Source: Candidatus Uhrbacteria bacterium (GTDB lineage Bacteria > Patescibacteriota > Patescibacteriia > UBA9934 > GWF2-40-263). Taken from it: a stretch of DNA of 64,000 nt. Shown in pieces: positions 35,623 through 46,476 of the stretch; within the stretch, counting starts at the first letter, position 1; each line of letters begins with the position of its first letter. The notes below the pieces were generated by a model. That model had not been told where the DNA came from and searched no databases. It worked only from the letters and a program-made list of their open reading frames with translations. A program made the position numbers and the translations under genes. Location of the stretch: positions 192,154 to 256,153 of the forward strand of contig JAPLZK010000002.1 in NCBI GenBank assembly GCA_026395055.1, read 5' to 3'.

Positions 35623-38600
35623 ATGAACCTGTATAGATTGTTCAAATCGATTTCCATTCTAGCCGTCCTTGTTTGTACGGGAATCTTTTTTGTCCACCCA
35701 GTCTTTGCAGTAAGTCCCACAGACTCCAATGCATTTTCTTCCTTTGCGGCTAGTGCGGGGTTTGCAGCGGGCCCTTCGGTGATTGTGATCATTGCACGAT
35801 TGATTCGTACATTCATTTCATTTCTGGGAGTGATTGCGGTTATCATCGTCCTTTACGGTGGGTTCATGTACATGACCGCCGGAGGAAATGACGAACGCGT
35901 CAAAAAAGCAAAAAAGATCATTCTGAATGGAATTATTGGTCTTGTTATTGTTCTTTTGTCATTTACGATCGCTCAGTTCATTGTGGGTAAGTTGGTGGCA
36001 GCAACGTCAGAGGCAGATATTTCTGCCTACTGTTTACAAAATCCAACAGATCCAACGTGTAAAAAATCACCTCCGTTTCCACCAGCGGTTCCACCGTTCA
36101 CATTGAATCCACCAACCTCTCTTATTCAATGCGCGGCAGGGATTCGTAATTTGAAATTGGTATTTGTTTTTTCAAAATCTGTAAAAGATGAAAAGGGGAT
36201 TACCGTAAAACAAAATGGCGCAGATGTTCCAGGGACGTTTTCGTTCTCCGGATCTAAAATCATGTTTGTTCCAGACGCAAAATGTGATGCCCCTAATGAC
36301 ACGCTTCATTGTTTTGCAAAAGACTCCACGTTTCATGTAGAGGTTGATTCCACAAAAGTAAAATCCTCAAATGACATCGCACTCACCTGTAAAGTTGTTG
36401 GGGGAGTAAATCCTTGTTCGTTTAATTTTACAACAGGCTCTTCTGTGGACGTGAAACCTCCACAAGAAGTTTCGTTCGTAGATCCAAAAGACGGTGCAAA
36501 AGCCATTTTGGGTTTAAGTAAAGCGCTTCAAGTAAAGACCGTTGATGATTCAGGAGTCGCAAGTGTTGATTTTTTTGCGATTGATGGAAGTGTTCCGATC
36601 AATATATCTTCTACTCCTGTAAATCCAACGGTCGCGAATGGACTCACAACCGCGAACTTCAATGGTGTTTGGGTTCCGGTAGGTCTTGAAACAAACGCAC
36701 CCTATTCCGTTTGGGCAACGGCCACAGACTGTGCAGGGAACACAAAAACTTCTAGCAAAGTTTCTCTCATGTTACGTGCACCAAACTGTGATAACAGTGC
36801 GCAAGATGCCGCGGCTCCGTATGGTGAAACAGGAAGCTGTAAGCCTGGAGAAGCGTGTGATTGTGGTGGATCATCTACAAGTCCATTTTACTGCGGACTT
36901 TGTAAACCTTCTGCATGTACAAACAGTGCGGAATGTTCATCTGGATATTGTATTGCGGGAAAATGTCAGGATGTCGCCGTGATCCAATCGGTTTCTCCAG
37001 ATAACGGTGCAGTAAACAACTTAGTAACCATTACAGGTTCTGGATTCGGAACAGTGCCGGGTACAATTGATTTTCTTGGAACAGAAAAAGAGAATACAAC
37101 AAAGTCGGCCAATGCATATCAGTGTGGAGCAAGCGTTTCGTGGTCACCAAAAGAAATTGTTGTACAGATTCCAGCCGGATCCATCGATGGTCCGTTGAAA
37201 GTAAATATTCCTGCAGTTGGAGCAGATCCCGCACAGTCTGACAGAACAGATGATGCTGTAGGTCCTGCCATGTCTTTGTTTGATGTAAACGCGATTAAGC
37301 GTCCTGGTTTGTGTTCTGTTGCTCCTGTAGCCGCAGAAGTAAATACTCCTATTACCCTTACGGGATTATCGTTTGGATCCACACAAGGTTCTTCTTCTAT
37401 TTATCTTTCGAGTTTTGAAGCAAAAGCAACCAATTGGACTGGAACAGTTCTTGGTGCAACGGTTCCTGGAGTAGAAAGTGGTAAGTATGATGCACAAGTT
37501 TTTACCGGTGATTATTTCTGTTTGAATGCAAGTGGGGTAAAGGTAAACCCAGCTGTCACCTGTTTTTCTAATGATGATTGTACAAAAGTTGATCCTGCAT
37601 ACACGTGTGGAACGTCTTGGTGTTCAGAATCACTAAAGTTTTGTCAGAATAATAGTGCGTGTGGTGTAGGAGAAGGGAAATGTGTGGATGTGCGCGTTGG
37701 ATCAAACACAAAATCTTTCGTTGCCACCAATACACCTTCTGCCTCTAAGCCGGTTATTAAATCCATCGATCCTTCCAGAAAATTGTGTTATTGGTCTGCG
37801 GATCAACTTAAACCTTTGCAAACAAAGCAGGGGCTTTCAGACACAAACTTTAATAGTTTTGTAGATTCATTGAATGGAACAACGATGGGTATTGGATCCT
37901 TGTGTTCTGCAGATACAGATTGTTCAAAAAAGATTTCAGGCGATACGTACAACGGTGTCTGTAAAGAGTATCCAAACACAGGTGGTCCCGGTCAATACAT
38001 TACGATTTACGGGTTAGGGTTTGGAACAGCGAAAGGAACGGTAAAGTTTACAGATGCAAACGAGTATTACGCTCTCGGAGACGTTTCATTTCCAGATGCT
38101 TGTGGAAAAGATTATTGGCATGATGACCACATCATTGTAAAGGTTCCAAAAAGTTACAGCAGTCAAGCGGGGGATCTCACAAATACAAATTACAACGTAA
38201 CTGTATCGACCCAAGGAAATGTTGCTTCTGATCCGGTCGCGTTTCACGTTTATCCGCAGGTTGTTCCGGGACCAAGTATTTGTTCTATTGTTCCAAGTTC
38301 GGGGCCTATTGGAACATCTGTTTCACTCATTGGAGAAAATTTTGGGTTACCTGTAACAAACACGGGGTACAATCTTCAGGCTGTTTTTACAGATAATCAG
38401 CAATCAAAACCTGGAAGTTGGGCAAATACACTTGTTTCAAATATTTTAGTTCCGGCTACGGCAAAGTCTGGTCCGGTTCATCTTGAATTTGGTTCCAACT
38501 CTCTTAATTTTACGGTGGGAAACTGTAAAACAGATTCAAAAATTGTTTGTTCAGCTGGACAAACCTGTTGCGCAAACGGAACGTGCTCGCTGTCGTGTGA

Positions 38601-41600
38601 TGACACGCCAAAAATTTCACACTTTGCTTACAAAGTTTCCACAAGTCCTTTTCCGGTCGCGCCAACGGTGGTGGTGAACTGTTCTGATCCAAAATTTGCA
38701 AAACCTTCTCCATCTCCTTCTCCGCTTTGGAGTAAGCAAGACAATATTTGTGTTACGTCTGCTGTTACGGCTTCCTTTAGTGTTGCCATGGATCCAAATA
38801 CACTCACTGCAACAAACATCAAAATCCAGAAATGTACTTCAGAAGCAAATGGGGTCTGTGCCAATTCGGGATGGCAAGATGTTGTGGGAGCATTTCAGGT
38901 CCCAAGTGCGGTTGCATTTCAATGGGCACCAACACCTCCGGCTGTGCTTGATGCGAATACGTTATATCAGGTCACCATCAAGGGTGCATCCGCTCCAGGT
39001 GGTGGCGTAAAATCAAAGGGAAGTGGATTAACCCTGGGTGTATCCATGGCCCAAGATTTTTCTTGGCAATTCCGTACATCTGCTTCAAATAAAGATTGTG
39101 GCATCGGAAGTGTGGCTGTTTCACCAGCAAATTATCTTGCGACCAATGCGAGTGAAACCATTGGGTATTTATCTCAACTCCTTTCGAATCAAGATAGCTG
39201 TATTGTCTTGTCGTGTAATCCGTACAAGGTTCGTTGGAATTCTGATACATGGAATGCAACATTTGCGCCAAGTCATACACTCACCGTTCCAGATGCTGCG
39301 GCAGATCCAGCACTCGGCTCTTGTTCTGCCTCTGTTTTTCCAGACGCAAACACCATTCCAGGATTCCCAGCACATATTTCTTCTGTCGTTATCAATGATG
39401 GGAAAAACCCGCATGCAACCGGTACAGGAAATTTGAACATTGCTCTCACAAATCCAAAGGTAAGTGATTATTTTCCAAATTGTTCTTCTGCCTGTGGAAA
39501 TGCCATGCCGTGGGTTACGTTTAACGTTGCCATGAATCCTTGGTATTTCAGCAATGCAGGAGCGATTCGTATTTTCAAATGCCAAAATAGTTTATGTGAT
39601 CAAAGTCAGGAAACGTTTCAAAATATTATTTCAGGAATCACGTACGATGCCGCAACTTATAAAGCGAAAATTGGATTAAACACATCACTCACACAAAATA
39701 CGTGGTACCGCATTGTCGTTTCTGGAACAATCAAATCTGGAACGCAGGCACCTCTTTCCAATTCCGGATCCAATTTTGGTACGTCAGAAAATAAATTCTT
39801 CTCCGGAGATTTTTCTTGGAGATTTAAAACAAAAGATTCCGCCATCTCTTGTGTGGTAGACCGTGTTGGGGTTTCTCCAAAAACAGCAACGCTTAACTAT
39901 GTTGGACAACGACAAGAATACAGCGCCACAGCTTTTGGGGCGCCAGATGATTGTTCTGTGACAGGCCAAGCTCTTCAATCAACAGGATGGGGTACATGGG
40001 GAGCAACAGATACTCCAAACAAAATCGGAGCCGCTTCTTATGTTTTGGGGGTGGATCATAAATTGAATGAAATTACAACGTTCATGTTGAATGAAGGTTC
40101 GCTCGCGCTTGCTTCTACGCTTCCAAAAACATGTGCAGCAAATTGTTTGTTTACCGGAAATCCAATCAACGTTGGACAAGCGGTCTGTGGAAACTCGTCT
40201 ATAGAAAACGGTGAATCCTGTGATGATGGCAACACAACAGACGGAGATGGCTGCTCGAGCATCTGTCTTAAAGAAGGAACGGTTGCGCCAACATGTGGAA
40301 ACGGTGCGATGAATACAGGAGAACAGTGTGATGACGGAAATACAATAGACGGCGATGGTTGTTCTTCAAAATGTTTATTTGAAGGAGCAACATCTATCAA
40401 ATCTGTTTGTGGAGATGGTGTTTGGGATCACACGGATAAGAATGGCGGAGAAGCATGTGATGATGGAAATACGAAAAATGGCGACGGTTGTAATTCAAAT
40501 TGTTTGCTTGAAGGTGGGGTCGCTGCCTACTCAAGCGCACGTTGTGGCGATGGTTCCGTTGGTGTTGGAGAAACGTGTGATGACGGAAACACTGTGGACG
40601 GTGATGGTTGTTCCTCTATTTGTCTGAATGAAGGAACCGTAAAGGGAACAGATGCCACAAAAGCTCAGTGTGGAAATGGTGTTACAAACGTTGGAGAAGA
40701 TTCCGGATGTGATCTTGGCGTTGGATCTGTTGCTCCAGGCTGTTCCACAAAATGTTTGAAACTGGGTTCAAGTCCAAGTTATCCTTCGCCATCTATCTGT
40801 GGAAACGGAGGGGCTTTGGAAACAGGGGAACAATGTGAAGCTGCGGCAGGTGCATCTTATGTAGCGGGTCCTTACGGAGTTGCAGAAGTTTCTCCTGGTG
40901 CTTCAGTTGAGGTGGAAAAGGATATCACAAAAGCAACATTCGGTTATGCGATTTCAAATGTTTCTGCAACAGTAGGTGGAAAAACAGGAGTGGGTGAATT
41001 TAAGTTGCTTTGTTCTTGTGAGGCAGACAACCAGTGCGGAACAAAATCTGGAGATCCAACAAAGACGCTTGGTTGCGGTGCTTCAAAGTGCTGTTATGAA
41101 CGTCCGGCTATTACCGCATCCGCACCGGGGGATAATGCAACAGGCGTTTGTCGTAATACCGCGATCTCGTTTACGTTTGATCAAGAAATGGATGCGAATA
41201 GTTTTGGGTCCGTTGATTTGGATGGAGATGGAAAAATCTCTACCGCAGAGACAGATCCAAATTTGCAGCTCGAGTTGATTACCATGAAATCCGCATTGGG
41301 AGTTGATGAAAATGTAACAGCGGCAAATTGTCCGTATTATGCTCAACCGGTCGGATTCTTACATGCAAAGAATTTGCTTGTATCTGCTTGGAATTGGATT
41401 AAGGGCTTGTTTGGTCAACCCGCGATGGCAAACGCCACAACACAATGTTACGTTCCAACAACGTATGAACAAGATCCAGCAACGCACCAAGTGTATCTCA
41501 GATATACAGAGCGTTTGTTGCCACTCGCGAAATATAAATTAACCGTGAAAACAAAAAACGGAAATGCAAAAGGAATCTTGAGTAAAAATCAGGTCAGTAT

Positions 41601-44600
41601 TTGTCTCGGAGACAATGGAACGGCTTGTCAGTCTGTTTCACAAACAAATACGTTTACGACCGGATCGGATATTTGTTTGCTGGATGTTGCGCAGACAACA
41701 GATGAGGGAATCACACCAGCACCACCTTCATATCTTTCAACAAGTCCTGGGTATTATTCAAAAACAAACGAAACGCACAATTTTAGTGTGAAGCCTCTTT
41801 CGTATCGAAAAAATACAGGTTTGTTGGAAGAAATTACATCCATTCCGAATGTGTATTCCTGGACATGGAGTTGGGGGGCTCCTGTGAAAGATACGGGAAC
41901 AAATGTTGATATTTTGGGAACGATTGCAGTAAGCACAACAAGCAACTCGCAATATAAAGCGCTTGGAAAAAATGGTTCTGGCGATGTTATTGCAACAGCA
42001 ACCATTACATCAGATGCGGTAAGCAAGGTTTCTACAACCGGATCCGGAGTTTCCGGTCATGTCTCAGAAGTTGCCTTCTTGTGTGAAAACCCATGGCCAG
42101 ATTTGGCACACGGTGTTCCGTTTGTGGAAACGGGGGCTAACACAAACTTCTCTCTCTTTTATTGTCGCGACATTGGAAAACCCGGAGAAGGAAAAATGCT
42201 TCCTGTACTTGCGCTTCCTCCAACAGACGCAACACCAGATCAAAAGATTATTAACACAAACGTGTTGAAGGAGTTAGTGTTCCATGTTGAAGGAACGAAA
42301 GACTCTATTGGGGTGCGCGTGCTCTCGAATCCAAAATATTTGTCTCCATTGGCATGGTTTCAATCTCAAGGATTTACGGGAACGCCAAAAACAACAACAC
42401 TTGATGGGTACGAAGCTGTTCAGACAGGTACAACCATTTATGCGGCCGCGGCAAATAGAAATGGTTCAAATCTCTACTCAAACATTTACGTTGTTTCATT
42501 TAACTCAGATGCAGGAAAAGATGCACAAGATATTTTTGATCTCGTGCTCAAAAATTTCCACTTGAATGCGAATGACACAGGTGCTACGGGTGTTTCACAT
42601 GTTGGTTTGTGTATGAGTGGAAACGCCTATACGCCAATTGCAGGCCCATTCGTCGCGTGTTCATGGGACGGAGATTGTTTGAATCAATGTAAACCAGAAG
42701 GAAAATGTTCTGTAACAGGAACCGTCTGTGATCCTAAACTAGGAAATACAGAATGTGCCGCAGATCCAAATGCGTTCTGTGATGCGGATAAACAAAAATT
42801 GATTCGTGACACCAAGCGTTTGACGGATATGACAAGCATGGTCGCTACGTTTGAAAAATATGGATCTTCACACGGTCATTGTTCCGTTACAAAAAATCAA
42901 ACATGTTCCACGAATGCACAGTGTTCCGGAACAGAAACGTGTGTTCCAGGTTATCCAACGGTGCAATCCGGTACATTTATTCCATCCATGAGTAACAGTA
43001 TTTGGCCTTCATGGAACAGTACGCTCGGAAATGCGGTGGGTGGAGCACTTCCAACAGATCCGCTTAACCAATACTGGGCACAATGTAAAAACGTAGGAGC
43101 AGGTTATGACTCTGCAACGTGTTGGAACAGTACACAAGGAAAATTTGTGTGTCCGGATGGTTCGCATGTGTACGGATATCAAAACCAGGGCGGAGAAGAT
43201 TACACATTATCTACAGAACTTGAATACGGTGCAGTTGCTTGGGTGAATAAGATTGATCAATCCGCATCAGACCATGCAACCATTCAAGCGTCGTATGGCT
43301 TAAACAAATCGCCAGCTGGATTGTTAGATGGATTTACGATCGCTCCACAATATTGCAACGCAACCACGTTTGGAAGTTCAACCATTTGTGGAGATGGTGT
43401 GAAGGGGGTTGGAGAAGCGTGTGAAAAAGGAGAAGTTAAATCTATTGCGTGCGCGGCAGGCGCTGGGTTTATTAACGTGACATGTAAGAGTGATTGTTCG
43501 GATTTCCAAGATGAAGCTGCGGCAAAAGCTGCGGGAGCAACCTGTAAACCATTCGCTTGTGGAAATGGAGTAAAAGATCCAGGAGAAACGTGTGATGACG
43601 GTGCATTAAACGGTACGTACGGACACTGTGGGGCAAACTGTACCCTTGCAAACGCATTTTCTTGTGGTGACGGTTACCTTGCCGGAAACGAACAGTGTGA
43701 TTGTGGAACGCCAACAAACTTCTCAACGCTTGCCGGAGCAAGCTGGGCAAAATCGAATAATCACTGCGATACCTATAATGGTGGATATTCCGCGACCGGA
43801 AAAAACTGTACGGTTGACTGCAAGCTTCCAGGACCAATGTGTAGCGACGCGATTGTGAACGACTCTTCTGAAGTTTGCGATAAGAGTACAGAAACGTATG
43901 CGGGAGCATTGAATGCGGATGGAACAAAGTGTAACGCATCATCTGGATGTGCAGTTGCCGCGTGTACAAAATCTAAAATTTGTACAGCGGGAACAAATAT
44001 TGGATCGACCTGTACAACTGACCTAAATTGTCCGACAGATGCAGCGGATGTTTGCGCATCAGATACTTGTGTGGCAAAAAAATGTTCCGCAAGTGGGAAG
44101 GCATGCGGAACAAATGCAGACTGTGTGGGTAAATGTTCCGTTAGCGGAAAGCTTTGTGGAACGACAGCAGATTGTGCGGGGAAATGTTCTGCTGAGCTAT
44201 ACGATCTAACCAGAACGCGCACGTGTCAGAATTATGGCACTTCACCCGTCTCTCAAGCGTGCTCATGGATAACGAATGCAAATAGTGGATGGGGAGACTG
44301 TGCAGGTGGTCCACAACAATGTGGAAATGGGAAAAAGGAAGGAGCAGAAGAGTGTGATGATGGAAATAGTTCAGATAATGATTCTTGTACAAACGCTTGT
44401 AAGTTGAATGTTTGCGGTGACAACAAAGTAAACGTCGGAATCGAATCCTGTGATAGTGGTGGAGCAAACGGAACCGTTTGTAACGCAGCATACGGTGCAA
44501 GCTGTAACTTCTGTAATAAATTCTGTCAGTACAAAACACAATCTGGTCCGTATTGTGGAGATGGAGTGATAAATGGAAATGAGTATTGTGATGGAAATGA

Positions 44601-45633
44601 TATTCCACGTCAGTGCTTCAAAGCGGATTCGGCAAAGTGTGCGGGTGGAACAAATGCGGCAGGTAAGGCGAGCAACGGAAAAGTTTGTGATCAATCGAAT
44701 CCATGTGGAGGTGATGCAAAGTGTGGTGATCAATCAAACCCGCAAGTTGCGGGAACCTGTTCAAAACAAGATGAAGGGAAAGTTGGTGGTCAATTAGGAT
44801 TTGAATGTTCCATCAGTCACACCTATTGCCGACCAAAAGGAACGTGTTGGGACGGAACGAATCCGGATGTTGCGAACGTTTGTACATCGAGTGCAGATTG
44901 TCCAAACGGCGGATCATGCGTGAATGATTCTGGATGTTATGGTGGGTACGGTGATTGTGTTCCAGCTCCAAAAGCATTTACTGGTTGTGATGCGGGGTAT
45001 ACGTGCCGTTTGGTTGGATCTTGTAATGGCGGAGACTCAAACGGGGAAAATGGAAAATTATGTACGACAGGAGGGCTTGGTTGGGAGTATTATCCAGATA
45101 ATAATAAAAATTATTGCGATCACACGTACACAAATGGAGTTGATACTGGTTCTGGAACCTGTCAGGTTCCGGTCTGTGGACCAAATTGCGGAAGCACCTG
45201 TCCAACCGCCTTCCAAAAAGTTTCTCTGCAAGTCCAAGGAAATGTAGCTGAGTCACAACCATCAAGTAATATTAATTTATATAGTTTCCAAAACGCTGCC
45301 GGTCAATCGCCAGATAGAGCAAGTATTCTTTTGCCTGCATGTCGCGTTGGGTCTAGTATCACAGCCGATATTGCAACCGGAAGTGCGCTTCTGAATACGG
45401 GGAATAACGCACAAATAATCGCGGCAACAAAAATAGATGCCAATGGAAAATATGTAAATGCTCAAACACAGACAGATATATTTGGTATCGGAAACGGAAT
45501 TAAACTGCCACTCCCAACCAAGTTTATCTGTCATGATGTTCCATTCTCTCTTCCGTTCAATGTAACACTCAATCCTCCGGCAGCATCGTCCGTTTCAATG
45601 AAGAACTTCGAGTTTACCTATTGTCCGCTTTAA
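35623..45633 (+). CDS. giant (3336 aa) Cys-rich pilin-anchored surface protein
   Basis: N-terminal YGGFMYMTAGGNDERVKKAKKIILNGIIGL pilin; IPT/TIG-like (VTITGSGFG); Big_5-like; many CGNG..GE.CDDGN..DGDGCS repeats (DUF4215-like). Confidence 0.88.
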   Translation: MNLYRLFKSISILAVLVCTGIFFVHPVFAVSPTDSNAFSSFAASAGFAAGPSVIVIIARLIRTFISFLGVIAVIIVLYGGFMYMTAGGNDERVKKAKKIILNGIIGLVIVLLSFTIAQFIVGKLVAATSEADISAYCLQNPTDPTCKKSPPFPPAVPPFTLNPPTSLIQCAAGIRNLKLVFVFSKSVKDEKGITVKQNGADVPGTFSFSGSKIMFVPDAKCDAPNDTLHCFAKDSTFHVEVDSTKVKSSNDIALTCKVVGGVNPCSFNFTTGSSVDVKPPQEVSFVDPKDGAKAILGLSKALQVKTVDDSGVASVDFFAIDGSVPINISSTPVNPTVANGLTTANFNGVWVPVGLETNAPYSVWATATDCAGNTKTSSKVSLMLRAPNCDNSAQDAAAPYGETGSCKPGEACDCGGSSTSPFYCGLCKPSACTNSAECSSGYCIAGKCQDVAVIQSVSPDNGAVNNLVTITGSGFGTVPGTIDFLGTEKENTTKSANAYQCGASVSWSPKEIVVQIPAGSIDGPLKVNIPAVGADPAQSDRTDDAVGPAMSLFDVNAIKRPGLCSVAPVAAEVNTPITLTGLSFGSTQGSSSIYLSSFEAKATNWTGTVLGATVPGVESGKYDAQVFTGDYFCLNASGVKVNPAVTCFSNDDCTKVDPAYTCGTSWCSESLKFCQNNSACGVGEGKCVDVRVGSNTKSFVATNTPSASKPVIKSIDPSRKLCYWSADQLKPLQTKQGLSDTNFNSFVDSLNGTTMGIGSLCSADTDCSKKISGDTYNGVCKEYPNTGGPGQYITIYGLGFGTAKGTVKFTDANEYYALGDVSFPDACGKDYWHDDHIIVKVPKSYSSQAGDLTNTNYNVTVSTQGNVASDPVAFHVYPQVVPGPSICSIVPSSGPIGTSVSLIGENFGLPVTNTGYNLQAVFTDNQQSKPGSWANTLVSNILVPATAKSGPVHLEFGSNSLNFTVGNCKTDSKIVCSAGQTCCANGTCSLSCDDTPKISHFAYKVSTSPFPVAPTVVVNCSDPKFAKPSPSPSPLWSKQDNICVTSAVTASFSVAMDPNTLTATNIKIQKCTSEANGVCANSGWQDVVGAFQVPSAVAFQWAPTPPAVLDANTLYQVTIKGASAPGGGVKSKGSGLTLGVSMAQDFSWQFRTSASNKDCGIGSVAVSPANYLATNASETIGYLSQLLSNQDSCIVLSCNPYKVRWNSDTWNATFAPSHTLTVPDAAADPALGSCSASVFPDANTIPGFPAHISSVVINDGKNPHATGTGNLNIALTNPKVSDYFPNCSSACGNAMPWVTFNVAMNPWYFSNAGAIRIFKCQNSLCDQSQETFQNIISGITYDAATYKAKIGLNTSLTQNTWYRIVVSGTIKSGTQAPLSNSGSNFGTSENKFFSGDFSWRFKTKDSAISCVVDRVGVSPKTATLNYVGQRQEYSATAFGAPDDCSVTGQALQSTGWGTWGATDTPNKIGAASYVLGVDHKLNEITTFMLNEGSLALASTLPKTCAANCLFTGNPINVGQAVCGNSSIENGESCDDGNTTDGDGCSSICLKEGTVAPTCGNGAMNTGEQCDDGNTIDGDGCSSKCLFEGATSIKSVCGDGVWDHTDKNGGEACDDGNTKNGDGCNSNCLLEGGVAAYSSARCGDGSVGVGETCDDGNTVDGDGCSSICLNEGTVKGTDATKAQCGNGVTNVGEDSGCDLGVGSVAPGCSTKCLKLGSSPSYPSPSICGNGGALETGEQCEAAAGASYVAGPYGVAEVSPGASVEVEKDITKATFGYAISNVSATVGGKTGVGEFKLLCSCEADNQCGTKSGDPTKTLGCGASKCCYERPAITASAPGDNATGVCRNTAISFTFDQEMDANSFGSVDLDGDGKISTAETDPNLQLELITMKSALGVDENVTAANCPYYAQPVGFLHAKNLLVSAWNWIKGLFGQPAMANATTQCYVPTTYEQDPATHQVYLRYTERLLPLAKYKLTVKTKNGNAKGILSKNQVSICLGDNGTACQSVSQTNTFTTGSDICLLDVAQTTDEGITPAPPSYLSTSPGYYSKTNETHNFSVKPLSYRKNTGLLEEITSIPNVYSWTWSWGAPVKDTGTNVDILGTIAVSTTSNSQYKALGKNGSGDVIATATITSDAVSKVSTTGSGVSGHVSEVAFLCENPWPDLAHGVPFVETGANTNFSLFYCRDIGKPGEGKMLPVLALPPTDATPDQKIINTNVLKELVFHVEGTKDSIGVRVLSNPKYLSPLAWFQSQGFTGTPKTTTLDGYEAVQTGTTIYAAAANRNGSNLYSNIYVVSFNSDAGKDAQDIFDLVLKNFHLNANDTGATGVSHVGLCMSGNAYTPIAGPFVACSWDGDCLNQCKPEGKCSVTGTVCDPKLGNTECAADPNAFCDADKQKLIRDTKRLTDMTSMVATFEKYGSSHGHCSVTKNQTCSTNAQCSGTETCVPGYPTVQSGTFIPSMSNSIWPSWNSTLGNAVGGALPTDPLNQYWAQCKNVGAGYDSATCWNSTQGKFVCPDGSHVYGYQNQGGEDYTLSTELEYGAVAWVNKIDQSASDHATIQASYGLNKSPAGLLDGFTIAPQYCNATTFGSSTICGDGVKGVGEACEKGEVKSIACAAGAGFINVTCKSDCSDFQDEAAAKAAGATCKPFACGNGVKDPGETCDDGALNGTYGHCGANCTLANAFSCGDGYLAGNEQCDCGTPTNFSTLAGASWAKSNNHCDTYNGGYSATGKNCTVDCKLPGPMCSDAIVNDSSEVCDKSTETYAGALNADGTKCNASSGCAVAACTKSKICTAGTNIGSTCTTDLNCPTDAADVCASDTCVAKKCSASGKACGTNADCVGKCSVSGKLCGTTADCAGKCSAELYDLTRTRTCQNYGTSPVSQACSWITNANSGWGDCAGGPQQCGNGKKEGAEECDDGNSSDNDSCTNACKLNVCGDNKVNVGIESCDSGGANGTVCNAAYGASCNFCNKFCQYKTQSGPYCGDGVINGNEYCDGNDIPRQCFKADSAKCAGGTNAAGKASNGKVCDQSNPCGGDAKCGDQSNPQVAGTCSKQDEGKVGGQLGFECSISHTYCRPKGTCWDGTNPDVANVCTSSADCPNGGSCVNDSGCYGGYGDCVPAPKAFTGCDAGYTCRLVGSCNGGDSNGENGKLCTTGGLGWEYYPDNNKNYCDHTYTNGVDTGSGTCQVPVCGPNCGSTCPTAFQKVSLQVQGNVAESQPSSNINLYSFQNAAGQSPDRASILLPACRVGSSITADIATGSALLNTGNNAQIIAATKIDANGKYVNAQTQTDIFGIGNGIKLPLPTKFICHDVPFSLPFNVTLNPPAASSVSMKNFEFTYCPL

Positions 45634-45642
45634 ACGAATCGT

Positions 45643-46428
45643 ATGGATTTCGGTGATCATCCCGCACAGCCAAGACGCATCTCAAGAAAACTCGTCCTCA
45701 TTATTCTTGGGGGAATTGTTTTGGCTGGTGGGATCTTCTGGGGAGTTTTTTCCCTGATCCATCAGAATGCTCCGTTGACGACTTCAAGTTCTTCTTTATC
45801 AAACGTCTTTGGGAACTCTGCGCAAACTTCATCTGATCCGTGTGTGCAAACTTCGGACGCAAGTGTCTGTAAGATTACAAAAGCAAAAGATCTTGCAATC
45901 TCTTCCAAAAAACCTGATGCTTGTGACGTTCTCAAAGATGCAGATAAAAATGATTGTTACTGGAGTGTTGCGCGCGTAGCAAATGACGCCTCGATATGTG
46001 GAAAAATAGCTGATAAAGATATTTCCGCGCGTTGCTCGACGGAATTAAGTGCATCCGCGGCTTTTTCCGCGTCAGATGGAACGTTGTGTGATAAAATAGG
46101 GGACGTAAATGTGAAATCAAACTGTCAGAAGGTAATCACTTCAACAAAGGATCTCGTTTGCGCAAGCACAGATACAGATTGTCTGTTTACACGAGTGCTC
46201 GCAGCGGCAAATCAGGCACAAGATTCAGATGTCTGTAATGTTCTTGACCCAAAGCGTGAAGCGGATTGTAGAGCGCAGGTTCTTGTGAACGACCCAGATC
46301 ATGATGGTCTTGATTCCACCCAAGAAATCGTCTTGTATCACACAGATCCGCATAATGCAGATACGGATGGTGATGGGTACTCCGATGGTTCGGAAGTGAA
46401 TTCGGGACACGATCCTTTGAAAAAGTAA
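45643..46428 (+). CDS. membrane-anchored Cys-rich protein with Ca-binding DxDxDG repeats
   Basis: TM; C..I....C repeats; DPDHDGL, DTDGDGYSDGSE. Confidence 0.8.
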   Translation: MDFGDHPAQPRRISRKLVLIILGGIVLAGGIFWGVFSLIHQNAPLTTSSSSLSNVFGNSAQTSSDPCVQTSDASVCKITKAKDLAISSKKPDACDVLKDADKNDCYWSVARVANDASICGKIADKDISARCSTELSASAAFSASDGTLCDKIGDVNVKSNCQKVITSTKDLVCASTDTDCLFTRVLAAANQAQDSDVCNVLDPKREADCRAQVLVNDPDHDGLDSTQEIVLYHTDPHNADTDGDGYSDGSEVNSGHDPLKK

Positions 46429-46476
46429 TTATTCTACACGCCTTGCCTTTCGGCAGGCAGGTAATCGCCATTCAAT

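Noticed and set aside
40180-44600. Periodic sequence resembling a CRISPR or tandem array
   Set aside because: Protein-level Cys-rich repeats with synonymous variation; no identical direct repeats with spacers and no cas genes.
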